Below, piece after piece: positions 8,430 through 18,526 of a DNA stretch of 64,000 bases; within the stretch, counting starts at the first letter, position 1; every line of letters begins with the position of its first letter. The notes beneath the pieces were generated by a model, which did not search any database, was not told where the DNA came from, and saw only the letters and a list, made by a program, of their open reading frames with translations. This DNA is from an uncultured virus (IMG/VR IMGVR_UViG_3300043446_002182). Lineage: Duplodnaviria > Heunggongvirae > Uroviricota > Caudoviricetes. The position numbers were made by a program, and so were the translations under genes. Location of the stretch: the IMG/VR virus record IMGVR_UViG_3300043446_002182; one strand, written 5' to 3'.

Positions 8430-11400
8430 ATGCCAATCACTGAAGGTGGAAGATTTACCCCCAATGACCGCATCGTAAGCCCGGGTGTATTCACCCGTGA
8501 AAATGACCTATCTGGTATCGCTCAAGGCGTTGCCGACATCGGAGGCGTGGTATTAGCCCCGTTTGCAAAAGGTCCGGGTTTCTCACCAACACTTGTTCGC
8601 AGTGTTTCAGAACTTGAAAGCAAGTTCGGAACTGCTGACGGAACTCTCTATGGTCCATACACGGCCAAGCAATACATTCAAGAAAAAGGATTTGTCACGG
8701 TCTGTCGTGTCGGTGCTTTGACTGGTTATCACCAGAAGTATCCTTGGGTCATTTGGGCAGAAAAGGGAACGTGGATTCGTCAACAAGACTCAGCATCAAT
8801 TGTTGCTGGTTCTTCTACGTTGAGCCAAACTGGTTTGACTTGGGTAACTGCTGGTCAACAGACCAGTGCTTCCGTAAGTTCCTACACTGGTTCTGTGACT
8901 TTGGTCAGCCAATCCGTCACCCTTGGTCTCACGGGCAGCACTCTTTACAACAACACAACTGTTGTTGGCACGATTAGCGGTAAGTTCAGCTTCACTGGTT
9001 CATTGAACCTTTCGACTGCTTCTGCAACCTCGGCTTCTATCTTGGAAGCAATCTTCGATGCAGGATATTTCACTGGCTCACTTGCTGGTGCAACTTTCTT
9101 GAGCAGCCAAACCCCATTCGATGCCGCATTCTTGACGAATGCATGGCACTTGACTGGTGTTAGCCAATCCGTTGATTCTTGCAACAATCTCACCTTGAAT
9201 GTTTCGGGTGATATTTCGGGAAGCATCGGTAACTACAACGGCAACTTCGTCAGTGGTTCTGGCACATTCGACCCTTGCACGGGAACGTGGACAATGGGTG
9301 GAACGGAATACAAGATTCTCGCCGTTCTTGCCGACACGCAAAACGCAACCATCAATTCTGATTTGGAAGCACCCGGCTTCTATGGTTCAACCCAATCCTA
9401 TGCTCCTTCGCCTTCTGGAAGCGATTCTGTTGGTGTGGCATTCGACTTGGCTTTGAGCGCATCTGAAAATGGTGGCTACGGCATTTACAACTTCTCACTT
9501 GACCCAAACAGCGTCAAGTATATCACCAACGTATTCGGTGCTGATGCACAAGCTGGCGACCCTGACACGTATGTTGCAGGAACCAAGCGTGAAGCAGCAT
9601 ACCTTTACAAAGTGTTTGAAGACGACATTGCAACGGTCTCTGGAAATTCTTCGCAATGGAGAATCAACGGAACGGCAATGCCATCAGGCTCATGGACTGG
9701 TGAACCTCTCAAGTTTGTTGACCAATGGTCATTGGACTTGCTGAATGGTGACTCGGCCTATGGTCTTACCAACGCTTACACTCCTTGGGTTGTTTCCCAA
9801 AAGGTCTCTCCTTGGAATGGTGGAACTTCGACTCGTTTCCCATTGTTCCGTCTCTTGACGTTGAGCGATGGCACGAACCAGAATACCTCGTTCAAGATTG
9901 AAATCTCCCAAGTCAAGTTGGCTGGCACGGTTGCTGGCAGCGATTGGGGAACTTTCACCCTCACGGTGCGTGATTACAGCGACACCGACAAGAAGCCAAA
10001 GATTTTGGAGCAGTTCAACAACTGTAACCTCGACCCTGACTCTCCAAACTTCGTGGCTCGCAAAATCGGCGACCGCTACAACTACATCCGCTTCGATGGT
10101 AAAATCATCGAATTTGGAACGTATGACAATCTCAGCAAGTATATTCGTGTTGAAATGTCATCGAATCCTTGGCCAACCACGGCTGTTCCTTACGGCTTCC
10201 AAGCCTACACGGTTCCAGTCAACGGCGCACTTGGTCAGCAATGCAATCCAATTGCATACACCAAGGCATCGGTCTATGGATTGTTCCCCGGCAAGTATCC
10301 ATCGGGTATTGACTTCGGTGGTGCTCCTGCGGGTGCAGATAGCCAACTCACCGCATTGTATCCAACCTCTTCGGCTGGTGTCGAACATTACAGAGACAAT
10401 CTGCAATACTTCGCCCCTGTGCCAGATGGTGCTACGGTGGGTAACAACACACTCTTTGCTCTTGATGAAGAAATCACTGCAAATGGTATCGGAACTGGTT
10501 CTTACATCAGCGCAAGCAACGTAGTGCCAGCCATCTATGACGCAGCAAATGAAACCACCTACATCAAGATGCGTAAGTTCGTCTTCGGATTCCAAGGTGG
10601 ATTTGATGGTCAATCGCCAGCTATTCCGCTGAATCTCGGTGCAGACATCACTGCGGGCAACACCCAAGGTTTGAACTGCGCTAACAGCACGACAGCAGGT
10701 TCGATTGCATACAATCAATGTATTGGCGCACTCGGAAATGCAGACGAGTTCGACATCAACTTGATTGTAACTCCGGGTATCATCTACTCGTTGCACAGCT
10801 ACGTCACCAACACGGTGGTTGAAATGTGCGAACGCCGTGGTGATTGCTTCTACATCGCCGACCTCTACCAAGATGATGGCAACCCAACGTCGGGTCAAAT
10901 TGATGAAGTCGTAAGTTTGGCTTCTGAGTTCGACACGTCCTACGCTGGAACTTACTATCCTTGGATTAAGATTAAGGATACAAACACGAACAAAATCGTG
11001 ACTGTTCCTCCTTCGGTAGTGATGCCAGCAGTTTACGCAGCCAACGACCGTGTGGCTGGTGAATGGTGGGCAGTAGCAGGTTTGAACCGTGGTGGTATTC
11101 CAGTGGCAACACAAGTCACCGACCGCACGACCCACGTTGAGCGTGATACGCTCTATGAAGGCCGTGTCAACCCAATCGCAGCATTCCCCGGTCAGGGTAT
11201 CTGTGTGTGGGGTCAGAAGACCTTGCAAGTCGAGTCATCGGCTCTTGACCGCATCAACGTCCGTCGTTTGTTGATTGAAATCAAGAAGTTCTTCGCTTCG
11301 ACTGCACGCTACTTGGTGTTCGAGCAAAACACGGCTGCAACACGCAACAAGTTCTTGGCAATCGTCAACCCTTACTTGGAGAGCGTGCAGCAACGCAGTG

Positions 11401-11567
11401 GTTTGTATGCCTTCCAAGTCGTAATGGATGACAGCAACAACACGCCTGACTTGGTTGACCGTAACATCCTGTATGGTCAAATCTACTTGAAGCCAACCAA
11501 GGCCGCTGAATTCATCGTCTTGGACTTCAACGTTCTGCCAACGGGCGCAACGTTCCCAACGGCCTAA
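8430..11567 (+). CDS. Tail sheath protein (T4 gp18-like)
   Basis: SPGVFTRENDLS N-terminus; YYPW, PPS, W.AVAGLNRG, RVNPI, WGQKTL, RINVRRL, FEQN, KPTKAAEFI motifs. Confidence 0.95.
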   Translation: MPITEGGRFTPNDRIVSPGVFTRENDLSGIAQGVADIGGVVLAPFAKGPGFSPTLVRSVSELESKFGTADGTLYGPYTAKQYIQEKGFVTVCRVGALTGYHQKYPWVIWAEKGTWIRQQDSASIVAGSSTLSQTGLTWVTAGQQTSASVSSYTGSVTLVSQSVTLGLTGSTLYNNTTVVGTISGKFSFTGSLNLSTASATSASILEAIFDAGYFTGSLAGATFLSSQTPFDAAFLTNAWHLTGVSQSVDSCNNLTLNVSGDISGSIGNYNGNFVSGSGTFDPCTGTWTMGGTEYKILAVLADTQNATINSDLEAPGFYGSTQSYAPSPSGSDSVGVAFDLALSASENGGYGIYNFSLDPNSVKYITNVFGADAQAGDPDTYVAGTKREAAYLYKVFEDDIATVSGNSSQWRINGTAMPSGSWTGEPLKFVDQWSLDLLNGDSAYGLTNAYTPWVVSQKVSPWNGGTSTRFPLFRLLTLSDGTNQNTSFKIEISQVKLAGTVAGSDWGTFTLTVRDYSDTDKKPKILEQFNNCNLDPDSPNFVARKIGDRYNYIRFDGKIIEFGTYDNLSKYIRVEMSSNPWPTTAVPYGFQAYTVPVNGALGQQCNPIAYTKASVYGLFPGKYPSGIDFGGAPAGADSQLTALYPTSSAGVEHYRDNLQYFAPVPDGATVGNNTLFALDEEITANGIGTGSYISASNVVPAIYDAANETTYIKMRKFVFGFQGGFDGQSPAIPLNLGADITAGNTQGLNCANSTTAGSIAYNQCIGALGNADEFDINLIVTPGIIYSLHSYVTNTVVEMCERRGDCFYIADLYQDDGNPTSGQIDEVVSLASEFDTSYAGTYYPWIKIKDTNTNKIVTVPPSVVMPAVYAANDRVAGEWWAVAGLNRGGIPVATQVTDRTTHVERDTLYEGRVNPIAAFPGQGICVWGQKTLQVESSALDRINVRRLLIEIKKFFASTARYLVFEQNTAATRNKFLAIVNPYLESVQQRSGLYAFQVVMDDSNNTPDLVDRNILYGQIYLKPTKAAEFIVLDFNVLPTGATFPTA

Positions 11568-11582
11568 ACGGTATAATAATTC

Positions 11583-11612
11583 AAAAGGGGCGGAAAATTC
11601 CGCCCCTTTTTT
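11583..11612. terminator. Bidirectional intrinsic terminator
   Basis: aaaaggggcggaa-aa-ttccgcccctttttt between convergent genes. Confidence 0.85.
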
Positions 11613-12040
11613 TATTGCACTTGCAACTTTAACTTATTCAGGATTTCTCTAAGGGTATATTTTTGTTCGAGTTCATTCTGGTCGAAAGTGTTTTCGAGAA
11701 GGTTTATCGCTGAAAGTAATTCTGTTTTATGGGCATGTATTGAATTTTCGGTAACTGAATTCCATTCAAGATTGTCTGCTTTATTATCCAGTTTGTTTCG
11801 ATTTTTATGATTGACAACAGACTTTTTTGAAGGGTTTGGTATAAATGCCAATGCTACTAATCGGTTTACACGATGCGTAGATGGTATTCCTTGTTTGTAT
11901 AAATGAACTACGGCATACCCTGTTTTCACTATACCTGCCTTAAGTATTCTTTTGGACTTTATTCTCCTAATACGTCCTAAATTTGATACTTCGTATATGG
12001 AGTCATATCCATCAATTGCTTTCCATTTTTCTTGTCTCAT
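11612..12040 (-). CDS. NUMOD4-HNH homing endonuclease
   Basis: EKWKAIDGY...YEVSNLGRIR (NUMOD4); RLVALAFIPNP...VNHKNRNKLDNKADNLEW (HNH). Start placed at ATG 12040, after the TATTTAT motif. Confidence 0.9.
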   Translation of the reverse strand: MRQEKWKAIDGYDSIYEVSNLGRIRRIKSKRILKAGIVKTGYAVVHLYKQGIPSTHRVNRLVALAFIPNPSKKSVVNHKNRNKLDNKADNLEWNSVTENSIHAHKTELLSAINLLENTFDQNELEQKYTLREILNKLKLQVQ

Positions 12041-12131
12041 TGCAATAAATAGGCGTCTCAAACGGAAGGACGCCCTTCTTCTTTTATAGAATGTTGACGG
12101 GAAGGTGGTTTTATGCCATATTTATTTACGT

Positions 12132-14537
12132 ATGGACAAAGAATACTTGCAGAACATCGCTGGCTCTCCCCATGTTAATGAAGGTCTCGGAGACCGCATC
12201 TTGGCTCGTGGCTCATCTGGCCTCCAAAGAGTGTCTGCCATGACCGGTGGAAACATCGAAGACCTTAACTACAAAAAGGTCAGCACCCTCTTCAACGGAT
12301 TCATCAAAAAGCTTACTGGCATCCTTAAGGATTTCGCCGAAGGTCCAAACAGCGTTGCCAATCGTCTTGAGCAAATGCGTCCAGCAATTACCCCTGCTCA
12401 GAAAGCGTCCATCCAGCAACTTCGTGATTTGTATTCAACTCTTGTTCCAACTGGTTTTCAACAGCATCAGCTTGGACAAAGCGTGCTCAATCCTCGTCAA
12501 CAAAATCGTTCGGCATTGACTGAAATGTTGAAGGAAGGTATTTTTTCCCGTGACTTGTCATTGAACAAAGCTTTGCAGTCAAACAATCCCGCCACGATTC
12601 TTTCGGCCTACACCAACGAAATCAAAAAGGCATATGATTCTTTCATTCGTGATGCCATGAAAGTTACAGGTGCTCCCCGTGATTACGTTAAACGAGTGGT
12701 TGGTAATTTTGATAAGAAATGGGCACCAATTTTGAACAAGGTGGAACAAACGATAAATCAACCAGCAGTTCCACCAGTCATTCCTCCGTCTGCCCCGCCA
12801 GCCGATGCAAGTGCAGTTCCTCCTGTAATCCCAGCAGCAGGCCAAGCTGCTCCAACGGCACAAACAGCAATTCAGGCCAAACCAGCCGCTTCAAGTGAAG
12901 AGGATTTGGTTGTCATCATTACCAAAGTGGCTGACATCGTTATCGAAGCAGTCAAGGGCGATATGGAACGTGCTGCTCCATATTTCAAACCCGGAAGTGG
13001 TGGAAATGAATATGAAGATTTGCCTCAAGATTGGGATGCGCCTGCGGTAACAAAGGAAGCCGAAGACCCCGAGTCAGACGGCCCAAGCGATGCTGAAAAA
13101 GCAGCTATGAAAGATGCTCCCGAAGGCGAGCAAAACGAATTTCTTTACAACTTCCACTCATTGTATCGTAAGCAACGTCACTTTGCTATCGAAGTTCCAC
13201 AGACTAAGCAATTCACTTACACAAGTCGTGACAAAAAGAGCCTGAACAAGATTGAAGTTGTGTGGGCAAACAATAGTCACGAAAACACCATCTATGCCAA
13301 GCACACACCTGTAAAGGTTGAAAAAGATGCTGAAACGCAAGATGACGTTTTCACGCCTACAGGTAAGTCGGGCGATGTTGCCATTTTCAAGTTTTGGGAT
13401 GACCAAGTGAATCCTCGAACCGCCGAATCCAAGAAGTTCACCATTCAGACTTTGTTTGACCAAGCCAACAAGAACATCAAAGATATTGTTCGTAAAGTAG
13501 AGAAGAAGAATCCCGGTTTGATTATGGAAATGAACAAACGAGAGAAGCCACTCCAACGTGCTCTCTATGCTACGGTCAGCCGTAAGCGCATGGAATTCAA
13601 ACCTAAGAAGGCAGTTTCCTTACAGTTGAAAGATGGAGAAGTTTTCCTCAAAGGCAAGCAGGTTAGCCAGACCGAATTGCGTCAGAAGTTGTTCAGTAGC
13701 AACATCGTTGAAGCAAACAACTGGATTGGGGCTTTGGATGATATTGATTACTTTGCCTCTCATCCAGAAATGATTGAGACCCGAAATAAGGCCGAAGCAA
13801 TTGTGCAATTGGCAAATGCAAATCATTTGCAAGCTGATGCTGCCGAAGCAGTGGGCAATGTAACAAAGACGATGAAGCCAGAAGAAATGCAAGTCAACAA
13901 TATCATCACGTTGGCGAAGCAATATCTTTTGAAAAAGAAAGATGCAATGTCGGCAGAAGCCAAAGACGCTGTGTTATCCTTGGTGAAACTTGGGTATAAA
14001 GAACCCGATGCACAAAACAAAGTCAAGCAGGCAATTGTTCAAATTGGGGACGATAAAACTGCCGAGGAATATACCAAGACCGCATTGGCTGGGCCAAAAG
14101 CAACAACCGCCACAGGAAATACGTCGAACGTTCCAGTATCAACTCCTGCCCCAAGCGCACCAGTATCAGCACCCGTGAGTGCTCCTGTTTCTGCACCTGT
14201 AAGTTCGCCAGTGAGTGCTCCTGTTTCTGCACCTGTAAGCGCACCAGTATCAAAAGAAAAGCCACAGCCCGAAAAGGCAAAAGAAAAATCTACAGTGACT
14301 ATTTCAGACGATGGGGCAATCTCTGGCATTGACCCAAAGTCGGGTCAGGTAAAAAGCTGGAAAGTGGGACAAATGATTCCAAAAACAATTGCGTCAGCAA
14401 TCATGAACGACCCCGACTTGAAGAAGAAATTTTCCGACTTGATGGCAAAGCGTGCTGCTGCGAAAGCAGCTAAGACAGGAAACACTGACTTGAAGGAAGA
14501 GTTTGTCAATCCCTTCAACCCTTCCAACTTTCTCTAA
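12132..14537 (+). CDS. Large putative head/internal protein with RuvA C-terminal-like domain and SAPV repeats
   Basis: Late motif 6 nt upstream; VNEG/LKEG/LKEE sites; DAVLSLVKLGYKEPDA...AEEYTKTAL. Confidence 0.6.
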   Translation: MDKEYLQNIAGSPHVNEGLGDRILARGSSGLQRVSAMTGGNIEDLNYKKVSTLFNGFIKKLTGILKDFAEGPNSVANRLEQMRPAITPAQKASIQQLRDLYSTLVPTGFQQHQLGQSVLNPRQQNRSALTEMLKEGIFSRDLSLNKALQSNNPATILSAYTNEIKKAYDSFIRDAMKVTGAPRDYVKRVVGNFDKKWAPILNKVEQTINQPAVPPVIPPSAPPADASAVPPVIPAAGQAAPTAQTAIQAKPAASSEEDLVVIITKVADIVIEAVKGDMERAAPYFKPGSGGNEYEDLPQDWDAPAVTKEAEDPESDGPSDAEKAAMKDAPEGEQNEFLYNFHSLYRKQRHFAIEVPQTKQFTYTSRDKKSLNKIEVVWANNSHENTIYAKHTPVKVEKDAETQDDVFTPTGKSGDVAIFKFWDDQVNPRTAESKKFTIQTLFDQANKNIKDIVRKVEKKNPGLIMEMNKREKPLQRALYATVSRKRMEFKPKKAVSLQLKDGEVFLKGKQVSQTELRQKLFSSNIVEANNWIGALDDIDYFASHPEMIETRNKAEAIVQLANANHLQADAAEAVGNVTKTMKPEEMQVNNIITLAKQYLLKKKDAMSAEAKDAVLSLVKLGYKEPDAQNKVKQAIVQIGDDKTAEEYTKTALAGPKATTATGNTSNVPVSTPAPSAPVSAPVSAPVSAPVSSPVSAPVSAPVSAPVSKEKPQPEKAKEKSTVTISDDGAISGIDPKSGQVKSWKVGQMIPKTIASAIMNDPDLKKKFSDLMAKRAAAKAAKTGNTDLKEEFVNPFNPSNFL
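14154..14252 (+). repeat. 12-nt tandem repeats encoding (SAPV)x8
   Basis: gtgagtgctcctgtttctgcacctgtaag is duplicated exactly at about 14175 and 14211. Confidence 0.9.
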
Positions 14538-14592
14538 GTACTTAGGATCTATTGATTAAGTACTTTCATATTATTATGATCTGATTCTGATC

Positions 14593-14621
14593 ATAGTACT
14601 TTAGAATAAAAGAATAGTCAA
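14593..14621 (-). promoter_or_regulatory. Sigma70-like promoter pointing into a palindrome-rich island
   Basis: TTGACT-N17-TACTAT on - strand. Confidence 0.55.
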
Positions 14622-14639
14622 GTTTTTTTAACAAACAAA

Positions 14640-15215
14640 ATGCAAGCCGTTACAGAAAATAAAAATAGTGACTCCATCCTGTATTTAGACATGGATAGGG
14701 TTCTGGTTGATTTTGACAAGTCATATGAACAATTGACGGGTGGTCTTAGCCTCCGTGCTTATTCAAAAAAAGTCGGAGACCGTAAGGCTCATGACATTTT
14801 TTTAGAGGCTGGTACAAAGTATTGGGCTGACATGGATTGGATTCAAGGTGGTCGGGAACTTCTGGCAGCAGCAGAAAACCTTTTTTCAAACGTCTGGATT
14901 CTGTCTTCCGCAGGCACTACAAGTCCCGAACTGGCCAAAACCGTTATTGCTGGCAAGCAGGAATGGCTTAAGAGACACGTTCCTTCAATTCCCATGTCCA
15001 AGGTGCTTATCGTCCTCGGACGCCACAGGAAGAAGGAATACGCTGCAAAGAACGCTATTCTGGTAGATGACATGCCCGACACCATCGAAAGTTGGAACAA
15101 AAAGGGTGGTGATGGCATCCTTCACAGCCATTTGACATATAAAAACTCGATTGAAGCGTTGGAAGATTTGGCCAAACCAATCAAGTTAAGTGAGCTTGCG
15201 AAGCGAAATCACTGA
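14640..15215 (+). CDS. HAD-superfamily 5'(3')-deoxyribonucleotidase-like protein
   Basis: LYLDMDRVLVDF, ILSS, K..WL, ILVDD...W...GG.GILH motifs. Confidence 0.85.
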   Translation: MQAVTENKNSDSILYLDMDRVLVDFDKSYEQLTGGLSLRAYSKKVGDRKAHDIFLEAGTKYWADMDWIQGGRELLAAAENLFSNVWILSSAGTTSPELAKTVIAGKQEWLKRHVPSIPMSKVLIVLGRHRKKEYAAKNAILVDDMPDTIESWNKKGGDGILHSHLTYKNSIEALEDLAKPIKLSELAKRNH

Positions 15216-15229
15216 TATTTATAAGATGC

Positions 15230-18200
15230 ATGGACACCGACCTTAAAAAAATCATAGACGAGACAATCGAACAATTCTTCGAGAATGCTCCTATCAAGAT
15301 GATTGAAAAAGGTGTTCGGGAAGAAACGTTTGACGTTTGTCCTCATTGCAAGAAAGAAATCTACGAGAAACACGAATACACCGAAGACGGTGGAAAAACG
15401 TGGCGTCATAGTGATTGCAAAGGCTTGATTCGTCGCCCGCCGCTTGACCCAGCATCTATCCCCGACTGGCTTCGTCCATATATGGATAACAGCCTCAACG
15501 AGTATTTCGGCAGCGACCCGTCTAAGATTGGAATTGAGAGTGGTGAGAAAAAGTATTCCGAGCAAGAGCCGGGTGGACAAATGGCCGCAGTAAATTGCAA
15601 CGAAACTGCGTTCCGTGTTTACAACGAAACACTTTGCCCCGCTCTGTGGGACGAACAACAACACCTTGACCCCGAGGTTCGTTTGAATCTTCTCCGCATG
15701 GCACAAGACTTCTACGAGAAGACCAAATTCACCGCTCCAATTCTGGATGTCTATTTGATGGGTTCGATTGCCAACTACAATTGGACGCCTGATAGTGACG
15801 CCGATGTTCATGTCATCATTGATTTTACCCAACTTCAAATGCCGAACGAAACGGCTTCCAAAGTTGCCAAGTCCGCTGGGGCACAATGGAATCTCGAACA
15901 CAATGCGACCGTAAAAGGCCACAAGGTCGAAATCAACATTCAAAGTGTCAAAGCCGAAAAACCACACGTCACGGGAATTTATTCCTTGATGAAAGACGCA
16001 TGGATTCGTAAGCCAACAAAGATGAATGTGCAAGTGAACAAACCATTGATTCAAGTTCACTACACTGAAATCAAGAAATTTGTCGAGAGTGCTATTCAGT
16101 CTGGCGACCGTGAAAAGATGAAGACTGCAAAGGACTATCTGGACGATTATCGCCAGCATGGTTTGGACACCGCAGGAGAGTTGAGCACGCAGAACATTGT
16201 TTACAAGATTCTTCGTGCCAAGGGACTTATCAAGACTTTGAAGGATGCTATCATCGTTGCCTACGATAAGGAAATGTCAGTGGACGAGGCGGAAGCCCCA
16301 ACCATGACCAAGAAAGATTACATCGGAAGTATTATTGATGGAGAAGTGCGTGGCGAACCCGTCCCAGCAGGTAAGGTGAAGTTCTACATGCATAACGATT
16401 TTCCCGGGTTGATTTCAGGAATGAATTCGACCAACTGGCGGTATAATGCTGAGAAGAATAGGGTGTTGTGGAACACGCAGCCCGAAGAAGAAAGCAAATC
16501 CAAAGTGACCGACTTTTTGACAAAGCGTGGCATTGTGAACCCGATTCACAAAAACATGTATAACTTTGAAGAAGTCACACAGGCAGACATCAAAGACCGC
16601 CACCCTCACCCCTTTGCTCCCCAAAAGTTGTCACCCGACAATGAACTCGTTCCCGATTTGGAAATGATGACGCTTGACAACCTGAAATCGTTGATGAAGA
16701 AGGCTGGACGTGAATGGCGTTATGCTCGTGCTCATGAAGATTCTGAAGGCTGTAAACGAGCACTTGAAAAGTCGAAGCTTTTCCATGATGAAATCAAACG
16801 TCGTCTTGCTTACATCAATAAGCCCGTGGCTGAAATGGCTAACATTTCGTTGCAAGGAAAACAGGCATTTGCCAATGACAACCCGTTGAAAAATGCTACG
16901 GTTGAAGATGTGAGCGGGAATGTTGTGCTTTTCAGGTCAGATACGGGTGGGTTTTTCGCACCCGGGTTTACGTTGGTGTATTTCATGGATTCCGATGAAT
17001 CGGCACAAGCCATGAAAGATGGGAAGATTCCATATTTGATGGTTCCTCGTGGCACGTTTCATTCAGGTGGAAATCCAATCACCGACATCTGGAAGAAAAA
17101 GTTTCAGAAGCCCGGAACGGAACATATTCTCGGCGTTGTCGAAGGTAATTCCAATGAGAATGAGATTTACATTGACATGATTACGGTTCGCCCCGGCTGG
17201 CAGCGTAACAGCATTGCCCGTAAGATGATTGAGATTCTGAAAAAGAATTTCCCAAAGGCCAAGCTTGAAACTTCAAGCACAACCGACAAAGGTGCAAAGT
17301 TCTTCAAGGCTGTAAATGAATCCGTTGGCTATGAACGTGACCCAAACTATCGGTCATCTGCTGATTTTTTGGAACGACGGGACAGGCAAATGTGTGAGAT
17401 TGCTACTTTTCTAAAAGAAAACCCCGGAACAACCCCTATTCCTTGGAAAACCATTCCCGCATCACTATTGAAGAAAACGTGGCTTATATTCGGGAAACGA
17501 AACATAGTTCATGAGAATGCGATTGATAAGATTGCAGACCAGATATTGACGAACATTGCACGTCTCTATGTGTCCAATGAGTTTGCAGGCCACAGCACCA
17601 ACTATCACATGCCCGAAGAAGTGTTGGAGAATTGCGGTATTGAGTTTTCGGAGAAGGAATGGGATAAAAATTGTTGGCGGTTCGAGAACATTTCCGACTA
17701 TGGAATGAAACCGTTACAAAAAATCTACCACCAAATCTTCGAGGCCGACACGCCCGAGGAAAAGCTTTACGCATGTGACCGAGCATTAAACGTTGTTCAT
17801 CAACGCAGTGACTTAGCATCAATTTTTGTTGAGGGTGGGACTGCTACTCTGAATGCTGTTGCTGAACAAGGTGGCTATGATTCTGGATATTCTTACGGCG
17901 ATGTCAACCGAATGATGCAGAAAGTCAATGAGAGAATGGTCCATTCTTTTGAAACTGATTATGGTCGTGGTCCAACGTATGTTGAAATCTTTCAGAACCC
18001 AACTACAAAAGAACTTCGGGAATGTAAGCCCCACTATGAAATTGGAGCATTATTGACAGATAAAGACATCTATGTATGGAATCGAGAAAAAGCATACCAC
18101 AACAATGTTAAGACGCAATTGAAGTTGCCAGAAGCTTTGTCATTGATGCTTATTCCTGATAACAGCAACATTAACCGAATGGATATTCTTGTGACTGATG

Positions 18201-18526
18201 CCGTTAAAGGAACAAAGTGGGATAACAATCCACAGACCGAAAATTTCATCCGCAATCATCCATTCTTTCGTGGCAAACAAATTGACCAAATAATGTATTG
18301 GAACGAAGACATTGTAGGTGACTGGTCCGCTCTAAAAGATGAAGTCGCTGAAGGTTATGGTGCAGGAGTTCCCGAAGATGATAGGTTGCATATTCCAGAC
18401 CACCGCTGGCAGATTCGCAGTAAAGATGCTCCAAAGACTCCAAAGATGCCATCTGAACAATTGACTGAGACTGAAAAAGAGGCAATCAATGAACTCGTTG
18501 ACCAAGTAATTGCTGGGATGTTATGA
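15230..18526 (+). CDS. Multi-domain (polyvalent) protein: Zn ribbon, Pol-beta-type nucleotidyltransferase, GNAT-like domain and unknown domains
   Basis: CPHC..HSDC; LMGSIANYNWTPDSDADVHVIID; IYIDMITVRPGWQRNSIARKMI...TDKGAKFF. Confidence 0.75.
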   Translation: MDTDLKKIIDETIEQFFENAPIKMIEKGVREETFDVCPHCKKEIYEKHEYTEDGGKTWRHSDCKGLIRRPPLDPASIPDWLRPYMDNSLNEYFGSDPSKIGIESGEKKYSEQEPGGQMAAVNCNETAFRVYNETLCPALWDEQQHLDPEVRLNLLRMAQDFYEKTKFTAPILDVYLMGSIANYNWTPDSDADVHVIIDFTQLQMPNETASKVAKSAGAQWNLEHNATVKGHKVEINIQSVKAEKPHVTGIYSLMKDAWIRKPTKMNVQVNKPLIQVHYTEIKKFVESAIQSGDREKMKTAKDYLDDYRQHGLDTAGELSTQNIVYKILRAKGLIKTLKDAIIVAYDKEMSVDEAEAPTMTKKDYIGSIIDGEVRGEPVPAGKVKFYMHNDFPGLISGMNSTNWRYNAEKNRVLWNTQPEEESKSKVTDFLTKRGIVNPIHKNMYNFEEVTQADIKDRHPHPFAPQKLSPDNELVPDLEMMTLDNLKSLMKKAGREWRYARAHEDSEGCKRALEKSKLFHDEIKRRLAYINKPVAEMANISLQGKQAFANDNPLKNATVEDVSGNVVLFRSDTGGFFAPGFTLVYFMDSDESAQAMKDGKIPYLMVPRGTFHSGGNPITDIWKKKFQKPGTEHILGVVEGNSNENEIYIDMITVRPGWQRNSIARKMIEILKKNFPKAKLETSSTTDKGAKFFKAVNESVGYERDPNYRSSADFLERRDRQMCEIATFLKENPGTTPIPWKTIPASLLKKTWLIFGKRNIVHENAIDKIADQILTNIARLYVSNEFAGHSTNYHMPEEVLENCGIEFSEKEWDKNCWRFENISDYGMKPLQKIYHQIFEADTPEEKLYACDRALNVVHQRSDLASIFVEGGTATLNAVAEQGGYDSGYSYGDVNRMMQKVNERMVHSFETDYGRGPTYVEIFQNPTTKELRECKPHYEIGALLTDKDIYVWNREKAYHNNVKTQLKLPEALSLMLIPDNSNINRMDILVTDAVKGTKWDNNPQTENFIRNHPFFRGKQIDQIMYWNEDIVGDWSALKDEVAEGYGAGVPEDDRLHIPDHRWQIRSKDAPKTPKMPSEQLTETEKEAINELVDQVIAGML

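Noticed and set aside
10158..11228. Long antisense ORFs (also 15209-16159, 35651-36550, 40608-41828, 43074-44006)
   Set aside because: They lie opposite clearly identifiable genes and have no motifs; they are shadows of biased codon usage.
14154..14252. CRISPR-like array
   Set aside because: Repeats are in-frame 12-mers with synonymous variation and no spacers; the same applies to the fibre repeats.
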